The notes under the pieces were generated by a model. The model saw only the letters and a list, made by a program, of their open reading frames with translations, had not been told where the DNA came from and ran no database searches. The translations under genes were made by a program, and so were the position numbers. DNA of 64,000 bases, taken from the NCBI GenBank assembly GCA_001662655.1, contig KV460208.1. One strand, 5' to 3'. The DNA comes from Pseudogymnoascus verrucosus. Its lineage: Eukaryota. This document shows, piece by piece, positions 23,386 through 35,390 of this stretch (its first letter is position 1; each line of letters opens with the position of its first letter).

Positions 23386-24448
23386 ATGCCCATAATCGAT
23401 ACCAAAATTGAACTTAACAAAGACCTCTCGCTTGTCACATCAGCGACTGGCGAGAACAGCCTCCACAGAGCTCGTCAAGACGACCTGCACTGCCTCCCTG
23501 GCCAGGCTCGAACATCCCTTGACAACGTTCCTCTAAAAAAATACCTCAGGGAAGCTCTTTTAGCTCCAAATCTCGATAAGATAGCTCTATATCTTTGGCT
23601 GGTTCGTATGATAAATGACTTAATGAGTCAGGAACATATGTTAACCATCGCTCAAGGCAGTCACGCCAGACAGTGGCCACATCTCTCCCCTCCACTTCCA
23701 AGCGGCCCGAGGCCGCAGCGTTACCGTTACCGAGAATGCCTACCTTCACCTCGTATGGCATTATGACCAGATATTTATCAAACCTCTCCCGGCGTATCTC
23801 CTCTCATCTGCCTTCTGGGAATACGTCGAGAAAACAGACGAAGAGGTGAGGCGGGCCGCGACAGGCTTCTTGCGAACATACTCCTACCTTATAAAATATG
23901 AAATCGATTTTCGAAAAGCCCAGAGTACGGAGCTAGGGCTTATACCGACTAATGACGGGGCACATCCCATCACGTACGAGCGATTTGCACAGTTCATCGC
24001 TCCGTTCGCAGAGATTGATGACGATAACGTTACGCCTCGCTATCAATATGGAGAGATCCGCTTGTCCCGTTTGAACTGGTTTGCGCGCTTCTTGCTAGGA
24101 AGATTGACCTATCATCATATTCACGCTCAGTGGAATGAGTACCTTGGCAGGGTCCTAGCACCATTCCTGGCTCTATTCTTACTACTGTCCACGGCGCTCA
24201 CTGCCATGCAAGTAGAGCTCGCAGTGCAAAGCGCCCCTAGCGTTTCTGGGAACTGGGGCGAATATACTCAGATGTGTCGTTGGGTATCTGTCCTTGTTCT
24301 TATTCTTATTATCGTGGTTTCTGCTCTGTTAATCTTTTTTGTACTATTTATGTTTATACATGATCAAGTCTTTGCTCAAAAAGTTTTACGCCAGAGAAGA
24401 TCTAAACAGAGAAGGTTAGAGACTAGTTTGAAATCAGGTGTGGTTTAA
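23386..24448 (+). CDS. DUF6601-like fungal protein with C-terminal transmembrane helices, one intron
   Basis: LDKIALYLWL spliced to AVTPDSGHISPLHFQAARGRSVTVTENAYLHLVWHYDQIFIKPLPAYLLS, then ATGFLRTYSYLIKYEIDFRKA, RYQYGEIRLSRLN and LLSTALTAMQV. Family recalled from motifs. Confidence 0.75.
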
Positions 24449-25547
24449 AATCGATTCTAGTAGGAATGCTAGCCATCTTAATATACCTAACATAGTCCCT
24501 AGCAGCCTTTAAAACGGCTTAACAAATCATAGCTCTCGTGTTCAGTTCTTTTAGTTGGTCATAAGAGTGTAGTCGACGGAAGAGAGACAACTCTCAGCCT
24601 GAAAAGTCATTTTCACATGATGCGGCCGCTCGAATGCATAATTCCTCGTGCATTCGAACGCTGCTACCTAATTGCTCCATGACATGCTGGAGGCTGAAAG
24701 CATTTCCTCACGCGACTCAACTCAGACAATGAAGCTGTCTGTGTAATCGTTCCTTATAGGTAAACTTTTACAGTCTATTTAGACTTATTTCACTCATATT
24801 AATGATGACTGAAGGAGGGATGGCAGGGATCGATGGCAAGTGTGGGGTCCTTTTAAGGTTCGTGTGCCTAAGGACTCATGGACTCGTGTGGCTGATCCGT
24901 TGATATTTGCCTGTCAAAACGGCAATCGTAGCATTTAAACCGGCTCATTCTTGCTCAGCGTTGAGAGTTTTGCAATTTGGGTCGAGCAGCCAGATTTACT
25001 ACGGGATTTTCGCCTCGCAGGGATGTCGGTTACTAGATTTCTGCATTTTCTACTCTTCATCCTCCGCCTACAGCTGCCGTCTTCACTGTGGTCCATGTGG
25101 TGTTGTGGTGGTACTGCTTGCGGTACGTGTGGTACTTGGGAATACATGAGATGTCAGCCTTGTTTCCCCCATTGTCTCCCTGAACCCACGCCAATCAGCC
25201 ACCATGTCATCACCAAGACACCACCAAGAGACAACCAAGACACGCACAGATCCCCCCAAATTCCCCCAAAATTGCCCCCGTGTCGCCCTCTTGGCGTACT
25301 CATTTGTACCCATTTGTACCGTATAGTACAGTACAACGCCACTAAAACCTTGTCCACCTACCACATTACCAGATTTACCACCTTTCTACCAACCAAACCA
25401 CCACCAAAACTGTCACCAGAACCACCTCTACCAACCAAACTACCACCAGACAACACTTTACAAAATCCTCGAACCCCCATTCATTGATGATTCTGCGGTG
25501 ACCCTTGAACAACCCCACGCCATCCTCCAGAACTTCAACTCGCATGG

Positions 25548-27163
25548 ATGTCGTATAATCTCCAAAAGACCCCCTCTCATTCCCGGAATGCCTCACACCT
25601 CTCCAACGGCCACAACTCCGAGCCCGCCAAATCCAGCGCTTCCTCACGAGCAGCCTCAGAGGCTGACATAAGGGCACGCGAGAACCGCAGAGGCAGCCAG
25701 CCACGCTCCTTCGAAGACTCCCCGTACGATCACCACGAAGACGAATCCGAGACCGACGAGATGGGCGAGCGACGACCCCCGTATAACAGGCACAAGGATG
25801 GCCGGTCAGGGCAGCCGCTGCTCCATAAATCGGACGACGAGAGAGGTCGCGCGAGGGACAGTCCTCCCATAACTCCAGCCCATACGACGTTTAGTCGCCG
25901 CTCGACGATGCGGAGTCGAAGCCCGGCTGATGCTCAGGCACTCCTCGAGACGAAGAAGAAATACACATACGCGGCCTTCTTTCTGGGCATTAGTCTGATC
26001 AGTTTCGTCATCCAGACCGAGACGGCTGTCTATATCCAGAAGGACTTGGGATGGGACAAGGCGTATTGCATGCTGTATGTACCCCCAACACCCCCCCCTC
26101 CCCCTCTGCCTCATCCATACTAACTAACCATCCCAGCTACTTCACCCACGGATCCTGGGTCCTCCTCTACCCCTTCCAACTCATGTGCCTCCGCCTCCAA
26201 AAGCGCTCCATGCCCTTCCTCACCTTCTGGCGGCGGCACGTCTACCTCCTCCGCACCACCGCCCAGATGGTCGAATCCCAATCCCTCACCCCCCCACGCA
26301 CGCAGCACTCCCCAATCCCCTACATTCTCCGCACCACCGCCGGCGTAACCACCGCCCTCACCATCGCAGGCGGCTCCTGGTACCTGGCCGTCAACATGAC
26401 CACCCCCTCCGACCTAACCGCCATCTACAACTGCTCCGCCTTCTTCGCCTACGCCTTCTCCGTCCCCCTCCTCAAAGAGCCCCTCCGCACCGACAAATCC
26501 CTCGCCGTCCTCGTCGCCATCATCGGCGTCCTCGTCGTCGCATACGGAGACACCTCATCCCCCAACCCCACCAACCCCCCCGACGCCCACGCCCTCGCCG
26601 CCTCCGACACAGAAGCCAAGAACCGCCTAGCAGGAAACCTCATCATAGGCGCTGGTTCCATCCTCTACGGCCTCTACGAGGTCCTCTACAAGCGCCTCGC
26701 CTGCCCCCCCACAGGCTGCAGCCCCGGCCGCGGCATGATCTTCGCCAACACCTTCGGCTCCCTCATCGGTGCCTTCACCCTCCTTGTCCTCTGGATCCCC
26801 CTCCCAATCCTGCACTACACGGGCCTGGAACCCTTCGCCCTCCCCCGCGGCGAGGCGGCTTGGATGATGTGCATCAGCGTCCTCGCCAACGCCACGTTCT
26901 CCGGCAGCTTCCTCGTGCTGATCAGTCTCACGAGCCCCGTGTTGAGCAGTGTCGCGGCGCTGTTGACGATTTTCTTGGTCGCGGCGACGGATTGGGCGTT
27001 GACGGGGGTGCCGCTCGGACCGGCGGCTGTGGTGGGGGGGGGGCTCATTGTGGTGGCGTTTGGGGTGTTGAGTTGGAGTACGTGGAGGGAGATGAGGGAG
27101 GAGAGGGTTAAGGAGGTGGATATTACTAGTGATGAGGATGAGGAGAGTATTTTGGGTTCGTAG
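25548..27163 (+). CDS. EamA/DMT-family membrane transporter (Thi74/SLC35F-like), one intron
   Basis: Hydrophilic N-terminus, then FVIQTETAVYIQKDLGWDKAYCML, YFTHGSW, SDLTAIYNCSAFFAYAFS, LYEVLYK and LTSPVLSSVAALLTIFLV. Confidence 0.85.
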
Positions 27164-27426
27164 TGTTTGGATATGATGTGGCATATAAATGTGTTTTTAT
27201 TTGGTATGGGAGTGGGCGTTTTGGGTGGGCGGGCTGGACCTGGGATGGGAATGGTGGGCTCGGTGGTGGGTGGGATATATATTCTGTATTGAGTGTTGTT
27301 ACTTGGTGTGCTCTGTCGCGAGATAGAGGATAGACACTGTAGATGTACTATAGACTGTTTTGTATAGAGTTGCATTTCGTTCTTCCTACGTTTGTGGACT
27401 ATGGTGCCCGCATGAACTATGACTCG

Positions 27427-27659
27427 GTGATGAATTAGTGATGACTTGTAATACAATTAACGTGAAGCAGGGTGAATTATAATCAGTAAATTTTCCATTG
27501 TTTGTATGGTCTTGTGCCATACCATTTTCAGTCACAGTCTTCCAATGTCTTTGGACTACCATGCCGTGGTGAATTTGTGACGACCTGTAATACAATCAAC
27601 TTGAAGCGATGTGAATTATAATCCGCAAATTTTCCATTCCTTGTATGGTCATGTGCCAT
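27427..27659. repeat. Diverged direct duplication of about 95 bp between convergent genes
   Basis: TGAATT(A/T)GTGA(T/C)GAC(T/C)TGTAATACAAT...GTGAATTATAATC...AAATTTTCCATT...TGTATGGTC(T/A)TGTGCCAT occurs at about 27427-27519 and about 27565-27659. Confidence 0.8.
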
Positions 27660-27904
27660 CATCGGCAGACCTCCTCTGTAGTAAGATTCCTATAATACAA
27701 ATGCAAAGCAAGATAACCGCATCGACCAGTGCCACAACACCGCCGAGCCATACGAACGCGGCAACCATACTCGGCGCCCGCCCCATAACTACTCAAACAA
27801 ATATAACCCCCCAACTCCACGCTAACCCAGACACCCTTCATGCAATGCGCCGCCAAACGGACCTCTTCTCAGGAAATAAACCCCTCGCAAGTAGTCAAGG
27901 AAGC

Positions 27905-29530
27905 TCATATCGTAATCTCCCCCTCCCCCGCAATCCTCGTCCCCTCCAACGCCTTCACCATCGCCCCCCCCTCCTCATCCGCCTCCTCCCCCCCTTCCCC
28001 CCTCTCCCCCTCCTCCCTCCCCCTCTTCTCCTCCTCCACCCTCCTCAACCTCTTCTTCTCCTCCGGATCAACCACATCATCATCATCACTAAACTCACTA
28101 TCATCACTCGCCAACTCCGACAGCGCCACTCTCTTCCACCCCCTCGCCTGCTGCCTCAAACTCACAATCTCAGCCCTCATCTCCATCACGAGATCACTCC
28201 TATCCCAGCCCCTCCTAAACAACCGCATCTGCTCCATCCCCCTCGCTGCAGAGGCCTGCATATCGCTGATTCGGCAGCGGAGTTCGAGGTTCTCGGCGCG
28301 CTCGGCAGCGAGCTGATCGCGGTAGGAACGGTGCCATGCGCACATGTCCAGCGTGGTCTTGAGCTTGTAGGCGTGCCCGAGCTCGAGGGCGTTGCCCATT
28401 GTGACGGCGAATTCTTCGCAGAGGGTCTTGTAGGCTGCTTCTTCGTGGGTGGCGTGCGAGAGGGCGTGGCGGAGGCGGGAGTTCTCTTCTTCGAGGTTTT
28501 TGGTGCCTTCTGGGGGTGTGTTAGTGGGTTCAATGGGTAAAGGGAGGAGAGAAGGGGAGGGGGGAAGGGGGGAAGGGTAGGGCGTACCATTAAGCTCAGC
28601 AGCGACGCCGGCGGCGATCTGTTCAGCAGTGAGGTTCTGCTCGAGGGCGCGGGCGCGAATAATCCCAGCAGCAGCTACGATACGCTCGCTGCGTGCGCGC
28701 GTCTCAGCGAGCTCATTGTGCAGCGTCTCGACCATATTGTAGATGACATTGAGATCCGACTGATGACCAGCCGGTGTAGGCAGTCCGCCCATCATCCCCG
28801 GCATGGCAGGGACGCCATTGGCGCCGTTCGCGTGAGGCATTCCTTGCGATGGCGATGGGGCCTGGCGGGGTCCAGGTGCTGATCCGGTCTGTGGTGTGTC
28901 GAGGTAGTTCTGGTAGCTCATATTGTTTTGGGGAGGCGCGTGGGAGTTTCCTCGGATCCGGAAGCGAGGCGGCGAGCTGGGGTTCTGCGTTCGGCTGGGG
29001 GAGCGCTCGGGTGAGCCGCGGAGGAGTTTCAGTTTCGGTGTCGTGTTGCTGCGGTGCGGTGATTGGGGTGGTGGTGGTGGAGGTTTATCGAAGGGTGCAC
29101 AGGCGAATCTTGGCGTTGGGGGAGGCTGACGGTGAGGCTGGGGCGGCGCGCGGTACGTGTCGATTACGGGGAACTCGAGCGGCTGGTCCGGCAGCGGTTG
29201 GCCTAAGGTATAGCGTCTGGCGGCCTCAGGTGGAGCTTCGGTGAGCTTGTGGGGGGCGGCACGCGTGGGAAATTTATACGGGGTATTGTCGGGCTGGGAG
29301 CCCAGGGTTGGTGGTGGGGGGAGGGGGAAGAGGCCAGAAGCTCGGTGTCCTGATTGGCGTCGTAGTAAGGTCCCTGTCGCGAAGTCGGGGTCGAATATCA
29401 CGGTGTCGGGAGACGAGGACCGGGATGCGCTGTCTAATCTCTCAGCGTTGAGGTCGGCGACGATGCTCTCGTCGTCGGTGCGCCAACCAGCGCCGAGAGT
29501 TTTCGGCGCATCGCCGGAAGTCGGTGCCAT
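27905..29530 (-). CDS. Coiled-coil protein, possibly an SCI1/SIKE-like STRIPAK subunit; start uncertain (28921, 29530 or 29830)
   Basis: PTPAGHQSDLNVIYNMVETLHNELAETR, coiled-coil LEEENSRLR, AWHRSYRDQLAAERAENLELR and RQQARGWKRVAL, then an acidic tail. One stopless intron near 28510-28588. Family assignment from memory. Confidence 0.6.
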   Translation of the reverse strand: MAPTSGDAPKTLGAGWRTDDESIVADLNAERLDSASRSSSPDTVIFDPDFATGTLLRRQSGHRASGLFPLPPPPTLGSQPDNTPYKFPTRAAPHKLTEAPPEAARRYTLGQPLPDQPLEFPVIDTYRAPPQPHRQPPPTPRFACAPFDKPPPPPPQSPHRSNTTPKLKLLRGSPERSPSRTQNPSSPPRFRIRGNSHAPPQNNMSYQNYLDTPQTGSAPGPRQAPSPSQGMPHANGANGVPAMPGMMGGLPTPAGHQSDLNVIYNMVETLHNELAETRARSERIVAAAGIIRARALEQNLTAEQIAAGVAAELNGTPYPSPLPPSPSLLPLPIEPTNTPPEGTKNLEEENSRLRHALSHATHEEAAYKTLCEEFAVTMGNALELGHAYKLKTTLDMCAWHRSYRDQLAAERAENLELRCRISDMQASAARGMEQMRLFRRGWDRSDLVMEMRAEIVSLRQQARGWKRVALSELASDDSEFSDDDDVVDPEEKKRLRRVEEEKRGREEGERGEGGEEADEEGGAMVKALEGTRIAGEGEITI

Positions 29531-30419
29531 GTTTATCCGGCAGGAAGCTGATGACCCGAGGTTTCGCCGGTGGTCTACGGTGTAGTTAGTAACTGTTGTA
29601 CCTGAGAGCAATCACCGTTACTCACAAATGCGCCTTTGAGGTTGATGCTTGAAGAGCAAAAGAAGAAGTTCACGCTTTTGTTTACTGTTTACATTTATTT
29701 TAATCGTATTCCTAAATTTCCAGGCCGCGCTCCGCCAGACGCCAGCACCTTCATTCAGGTGCTTGGACGCCGAGACGACCAGAAGGCACCAAACCTCAAC
29801 TTCCACTTGAAAGCTGATTATAGTAGCCATTCTAGAAGTTTGAAGACTTATGCATTATCTTGTGATATTATTATATGAGTCTCTGTAGTATTCTGTCTAG
29901 TATTTTATGATATATTTCATGCTTATAACGTCTTGCGAATTATCACCGTTACATAACTCAACAGACTCTCATATCATCAATTTGGTTGATAATATCATAT
30001 CGACGCACTCTGAGGGTTTCATTTACTATTATTTATTTTTCAATTTTCAATTTCTCACCTGTAAATATGTACTGCCAGCATTCAATGACAGGGCGCCATC
30101 CCTTAAGTATCTGGCCGTTAATTGGCTGTTCCCTGGCCGCTCAGCCTCCCCTTCAACCGTAAAGTGCCCAAAGCGAGACACCAGTCGGAAAGGTTGGGCC
30201 ATGCTTATTTCTCAGCACAGTGTCGTCGTCACCTGCCTTACGCCAGCAGTTGCGCAGTGCCAAGCCAATGACTCTAGATTCTAACAAAGAATACCACAAA
30301 AAGAATGCTCTAGCTCCTGGTGGTGTAGTATAGTTACTGGCATTCTCGGCAGTGGTTTAAGAGCTTATCTTTAGCCCGGTTTATACAAAGAGGCTCACAA
30401 GCAACTACATGGGATAAAC

Positions 30420-32007
30420 ATGTTCGATTACGCCCAAGGCAACGAGAGTAGAGGAACCTCGCCATTTCCATCGTCGGCATCCTTAAATGACAGCCTCGGA
30501 GACATAGACTTGGTATCCGATGCGGTGCAATCAGTGCCCAGTAGGGGCTCTAGTTCGCTAGAGCCCCCCAAACCCCGAAGTAGCTCTCAGTTGGGACCGA
30601 GAAAGGGGCACAAGAAATCACGTGGTGGCTGCTTTTCCTGCAAGAGGAGGAAAATTAAGGTCGGTCGTGCCTTCCTTTTTCATCTGACATTCCTTCCTTT
30701 ATCGTCGCTGGTCATGCTTTCCTTTTTCGTCGGTCGTTCCTTTCTATATCATCGGTCGCGCCTTCCGTATATCCAGTCCAGCATCAAGCTAAATATCATA
30801 TAGTGTCAAGAAACACTTCCTTCTTGTCTCAACTGCTTGAGGAGGAGCCTTGAATGCAAATACCCCGAAGTCCTGCCGCATGAGTTGGACGTAATGACTG
30901 TTCTGCGCAGGCAGATTACCCGTCCCTCAGCTGCCCTCCAGTCTACACCCACTCTCTTCACTATGGATGATATGCGATTTTTCCAGCACTTTATTCTAAA
31001 TGCATATCCCCACTTACCTGTGAATAATTCTCAAGTTTGGATACAGACCGTCCCTGCATTTTCTCATAATGTGAGTAAACCCATGGATTTGTAAGACGGG
31101 GTTTATTAACCGCCCTCAGTATGACTACTTGATGCATTCAATGCTTGGCTTAGCCGCAACTCATCTCAGTGCTATAACAAACGTCGACTACAGTGATGCA
31201 GCACTTTCGCATCGCGTTCGCGCCATCGAAGGTTTTAACAAGGCCTTGTCAAAGAAACCCGAAAAAGAGCCTGATGGCGATGCTCTCTTGGCGACGATGT
31301 ATTCGCTCACCTTCCAATCGGCTTTTATGAGCGACAGCCTAATCGAGTTTCTGATAATGGTGCGAGGTTGCGTGATGTTATCAGGACAACTGTTAAGCCA
31401 AAGTTCGATCGCCTTCTTCGTCATAGATTGGTACTCCCATCTGAGATATATGGAGCCAAGGCTGGATGACCTTCCGTTCGTTGATATGGCTCTTGCAGAA
31501 GGGGCCGAAGCATCCCTAGAAGCCTTGAACTTTGTTCTTGAGGATGAAGTCAATAGCTTTTATTATAGCGAACTTACAAATGTGGTCAGTGGCATCAAAG
31601 CATCCTCAAAGCTAGGTAAGTTGCACTTTAATGGGATAAAAGCGTACATATCTGACTTTCTCGAAGGATACTGGAGACTGGTCGGCATTTACAACGTCAT
31701 GGGGATGTTGAGCGATGCCAACTTCAGTGCTTTTGCAAATCCCAACAACACTGTCGGACAGATACTTCTTGCTCATTTTATGGCCCTCGAAGTGGTCCTG
31801 TTACCGATGCTCGAGCGGGAATACGACAAGACCTTCCCCACAAACCAGCTTATAAACCGATGCAGTTGGTTTGATTCCATTGAGAGATCTGTGCCCCCAG
31901 AATTCCGACATTTTGTCCGATGGCCTGCTGAGATCTTGAATAATGCCCGTGAAAAGTGGAAAGCAATGGCAATGACATCTGGTTTAACTGTAGCTAAGAA
32001 GACATAG
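30420..32007 (+). CDS. Zn(II)2Cys6 transcription factor (Upc2/fungal_trans_2-like), three introns
   Basis: RKGHKKSRGGCFSCKRRKIK spliced to CQETLPSCLNCLRRSLECKYP, then DDMRFFQHF, YLMHSMLGLAATHL and ALSHRVRAI. Confidence 0.9.
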
Positions 32008-32109
32008 GAAATTTAATAAGACATAGACATCATCTATATAATAGCTCCAAAATTCGTTTCACAACAACTCTACGACTCTCCAAGACTTCTGCGTCAATCC
32101 AACTTCTAT

Positions 32110-33062
32110 CTACACTTTAGACACCAAGCGGCTCTCGAGCTGGGTATCATCGGTCATCTTTTCCGAAGGCTGGTTTGGCAAGTACCTTGCAGGGTGGTAG
32201 ATGCAGAACATGATAATTGCTATGAGCATCGGCGCCGAGTCCATGACATAGAACATCCACTCGTGCTCGAATGGGTATCCGTCAATCCCCAGGGCGAACT
32301 CAATGAGGCGATAAATACAGCGAATCTGGAATCTTGTCAGCAACTACGCTCCACGATACAAACCAGACCTCAGACTTACGATGACCAAACCTGACGACAC
32401 ATACACCGCCAACAACACCTTCCGCCATCCTCTCGGCGCATCAGCTCTCCCCTCCGTATTCGCCAACTGATGGAACCTCCTCAGGATCCCCACAAAGAAC
32501 AGAAATGCCGCCAACTGCGTCGCTAGCCCCGCAATCAACACATTCTCACCAAGCGTCGCATTGCTCCCCTCCCAGTTCCCCGACGACGCAATGCCCGAAC
32601 CCGACACCTGGATGAGTAAGCTGATGATATCGCAGGTGATAAAAATCCGCGTCAGCTTGCGTGTCGAGAATCCGTAGATCCGCGTCAGATGGCTGGGCAG
32701 AACGGCGAGGCACAGGCGGGAGACGAGCATGTAGTCGCCAGCGCCGATGAAGATAGGGGCTATGATTACGAGGGAGCTTTGGACAGCGTAGGGGGGCTGT
32801 AGAGGTGGAGGTCAGTGATGTGGTCTCTATTTCTGCTTCTTAAGGGGGTGCGTACGATTTGGTCAAGGTGCTTGATGGCGACGGTGCGGGCGGCATAGCC
32901 CCCTACTTCCAGGAAGGCGCCAACGAAAACTACCCAGAAGTAGTAGCTGCGGTATCTGATGAAGGTCTGGTAACCTTGGACAAACATCGGGATGGCGTAG
33001 AAGACTGCAAACACGATGCTGACCGGGTAGTTGGGGTCGTAGGTCCAAATGCTTTCCCCCAT
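32110..33062 (-). CDS. RTA1-like membrane protein, two introns
   Basis: WTYDPNYPVSIVFAVFY, LEVGGYAAR, LTRIFITCDIISLLIQVSGSG, IAGLATQL, IRCIYRLIEF and HEWMFYVMDSAPM. Confidence 0.9.
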
Positions 33063-34039
33063 CTCGACGATGTCTGACGGGTTTGGATTGGTTGAGTAAC
33101 TAGGAACTTTCTGGAAAGAGTGCTGGATGAAAGATTTCAGGTTGAATAACTGAGGCAGAAGAATGATGTATTGAACTGTGTGCTGTATCGCCTCATCCTC
33201 CACGCTCTAGAACCCTCTTATATACACCTCATCCTCCATCTCCATCCACGCATTCAACTCTCAAACTGTCCATCGAACCCGAGACGCGTAATCGCACTGC
33301 CCGAAAATATTCAGGAACCACGCAAGCAATGTTCCAGCATGGCCTTCAAATACAGAATGCGCTCCGAATCCGAGCCTCCAAATCTCGCCAGCTTCAATGG
33401 TGTCCTACCATGGCGTCGGCATTCGTAAGGCAGTGCTGGCGTGGAGAGTCGCTGATTGGTAGGCGTTGGGGATGGGCTTGGCATTGCTCGGATTCACTCG
33501 GTTTCCTAGGCCTAGCGCTGAGCTTGATACTAAAGTTCCATGGGAAGTGGGGATTGCCTCATTTAAGCTATTTAAGTTAGTTTTGTATATTGTAATCCAT
33601 TGCAATCGTATCGGATCGCATTTGCTATTTGGTAATGCGGCTAAATATCTGACCCGATAGTAAGTGCTCAAAAAGAGGCATATGAAGAATGTGATAACGA
33701 GGCACTTGTATGAGGTACGGAACACACTAGTGTTCTCTTCAGCGACGAAGAGATTGAGTACTAACTCTTCCACCGAGCAGCGGCAATGAAATACATAAAC
33801 GAGGTCGCAAAAGATGTAGACGTCCGACTAACAAAACCAGGGAGATCTAATTTCAATACTTTATCTGTTAGATATACTTTATCTTTTAGTCCTATGAGAA
33901 TGCCCAGCGACAACAACATCGTCTCGACAGCAACATCCTAGCTACAGGCAAGTGACAGCATGCCTTGGTGACAAGAATACATAGCGGGGAGAATACCTAG
34001 ATGACAGTTAACTTGACATCCCGCTGCCGGTCAGTTTCC

Positions 34040-34393
34040 TCACACAGCCCATAATAAACATCCATTAAGACGTTGACCGGTCTCGCCTATCGTAATATCT
34101 GTATAATGCAGCCTTGTGAAATATCGGAGGCGGCCCTTTAACATGACATTCCTCCTCATTCTTATTCTGATGGATTCTGCCGCATATTGACGGCGATAGC
34201 GTCTCGACGGCAACAACGTAAGGGCAGCACTGCCAGCATCATTCCACCCAAGAAGCCTTTCACCCAGCGCAGCACAGAAGACCCGCATCAGCTTGGGTGT
34301 AGCAGCGCCGAAATTGTTTCGTGTTTCTATGTTTAACGTTGTGGGTTGAGGATTCTCGCTTTCAGTGGGATCCCGATCCTTGCATCTCACCAT
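34040..34393 (-). pseudogene. Possible degenerate 5' fragment of an MFS transporter (Bsc6-like)
   Basis: ETRNN...KLMRVFCAALGERLLGWNDAGSAALTLLP resembles the first helix and GxND motif of this MFS group. No downstream TM segments follow. Confidence 0.35.
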
Positions 34394-34498
34394 TAGCTGT
34401 CACGCCTGCTTGAAATCTACCGTGAAATCAAATGAAGAGGGTATCGTAGTATAATTTTCATATGATCTTCGTCATATCAAATCATCGAGGATGGCCTA

Positions 34499-35271
34499 TT
34501 ACCGCAAAATATCTTTTAGTAGCAGATCCGCCTTCTTCTCCTGGTCCAAGAAGTCAAGGTCCATTTCCTCATCCCCTTGGTTCTGTGATGTTTCCAACCC
34601 CTCCAGCCTGCCCTTGACCCGCGCCATAAGCATCCCCATCTTCTGCAATTCAGCCTCCACCTCCCCATCCCTCGTACATAGGTTCCCCTGAACGTCTTCC
34701 TTCGAATTCTCAAACGGTTCCAGCATCCCTTTCAATGCTTTATACCTTGCAACCTTCTCTCTCAACTCCGTGCGCCTATCATTGAGCCCCTTAATGTGCG
34801 CAGCTAGCTCTACATACCGCTGCGCTTCCTCTGGGCGCTGCGCAACCTCCTCTTCATCCTCCCACGCATCCGGGAGACTCGTGATGTTGACATCCGCCGC
34901 TGCCAACAGTTAGCAAAGTCGAATTCTATTCCAGTTCACAGCGCATCCATACCAAAATCTGTCCCTAGCTCCAATTGACCCCGCGCAAGCTCCCCGCTGA
35001 CGTCGCGCTCCCCAGCCATCCAGTACAATGCGTCCACCTGCTCGGCGACATGGCGCTGCGCCGGCGCGGAGTAGACGAGTTTGGCATGTTCTTGAATACG
35101 GGCGTTAAGTTGGAAGAGAGCGTCATCTATGGCTCGTTGGCGAATGGCTTGGTTTTCATCAGGAGGTTGGTAGTTCACTGGGATTCTCAGTGGAGCGGAG
35201 AGAGCCTGGATTTGAGAGCGCAGAAATGCGAGTTTCAGGTCAAGGATCGTGGGGGCTGGAGCGGCGGACAT
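34499..35271 (-). CDS. FTA4: Kinetochore Sim4-complex subunit Fta4, one intron
   Basis: PTILDLKLAFLRSQIQALSAPL, AQRHVAEQVDALY, ITSLPDAW and VQGNLCTRDGEVEAELQKMGMLMARV. Confidence 0.8.
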
Positions 35272-35390
35272 TGCGGCTTATGAACATGCAGTAGCCCTGT
35301 GAGTTGTTGGGTGATTGGGCGGGCTGGGTGTATTTGCTGGCTCTTAAATTGCTGCTTCACTGCTTCGATCAGTTTGAGGTTGATGGCCCT

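Noticed and set aside
24900..25548. TPP riboswitch upstream of the Thi74-like transporter
   Set aside because: A TGAGA occurs, but without the accompanying TACC and CTGAT/GATAATG core in the right arrangement.
26185..28540. Long alternative-frame or antisense ORFs (26185-27111, 27611-28540; likewise 52875-54107 and 56743-57597)
   Set aside because: Low-complexity shadows caused by biased codon usage of the real genes; no recognisable domains.
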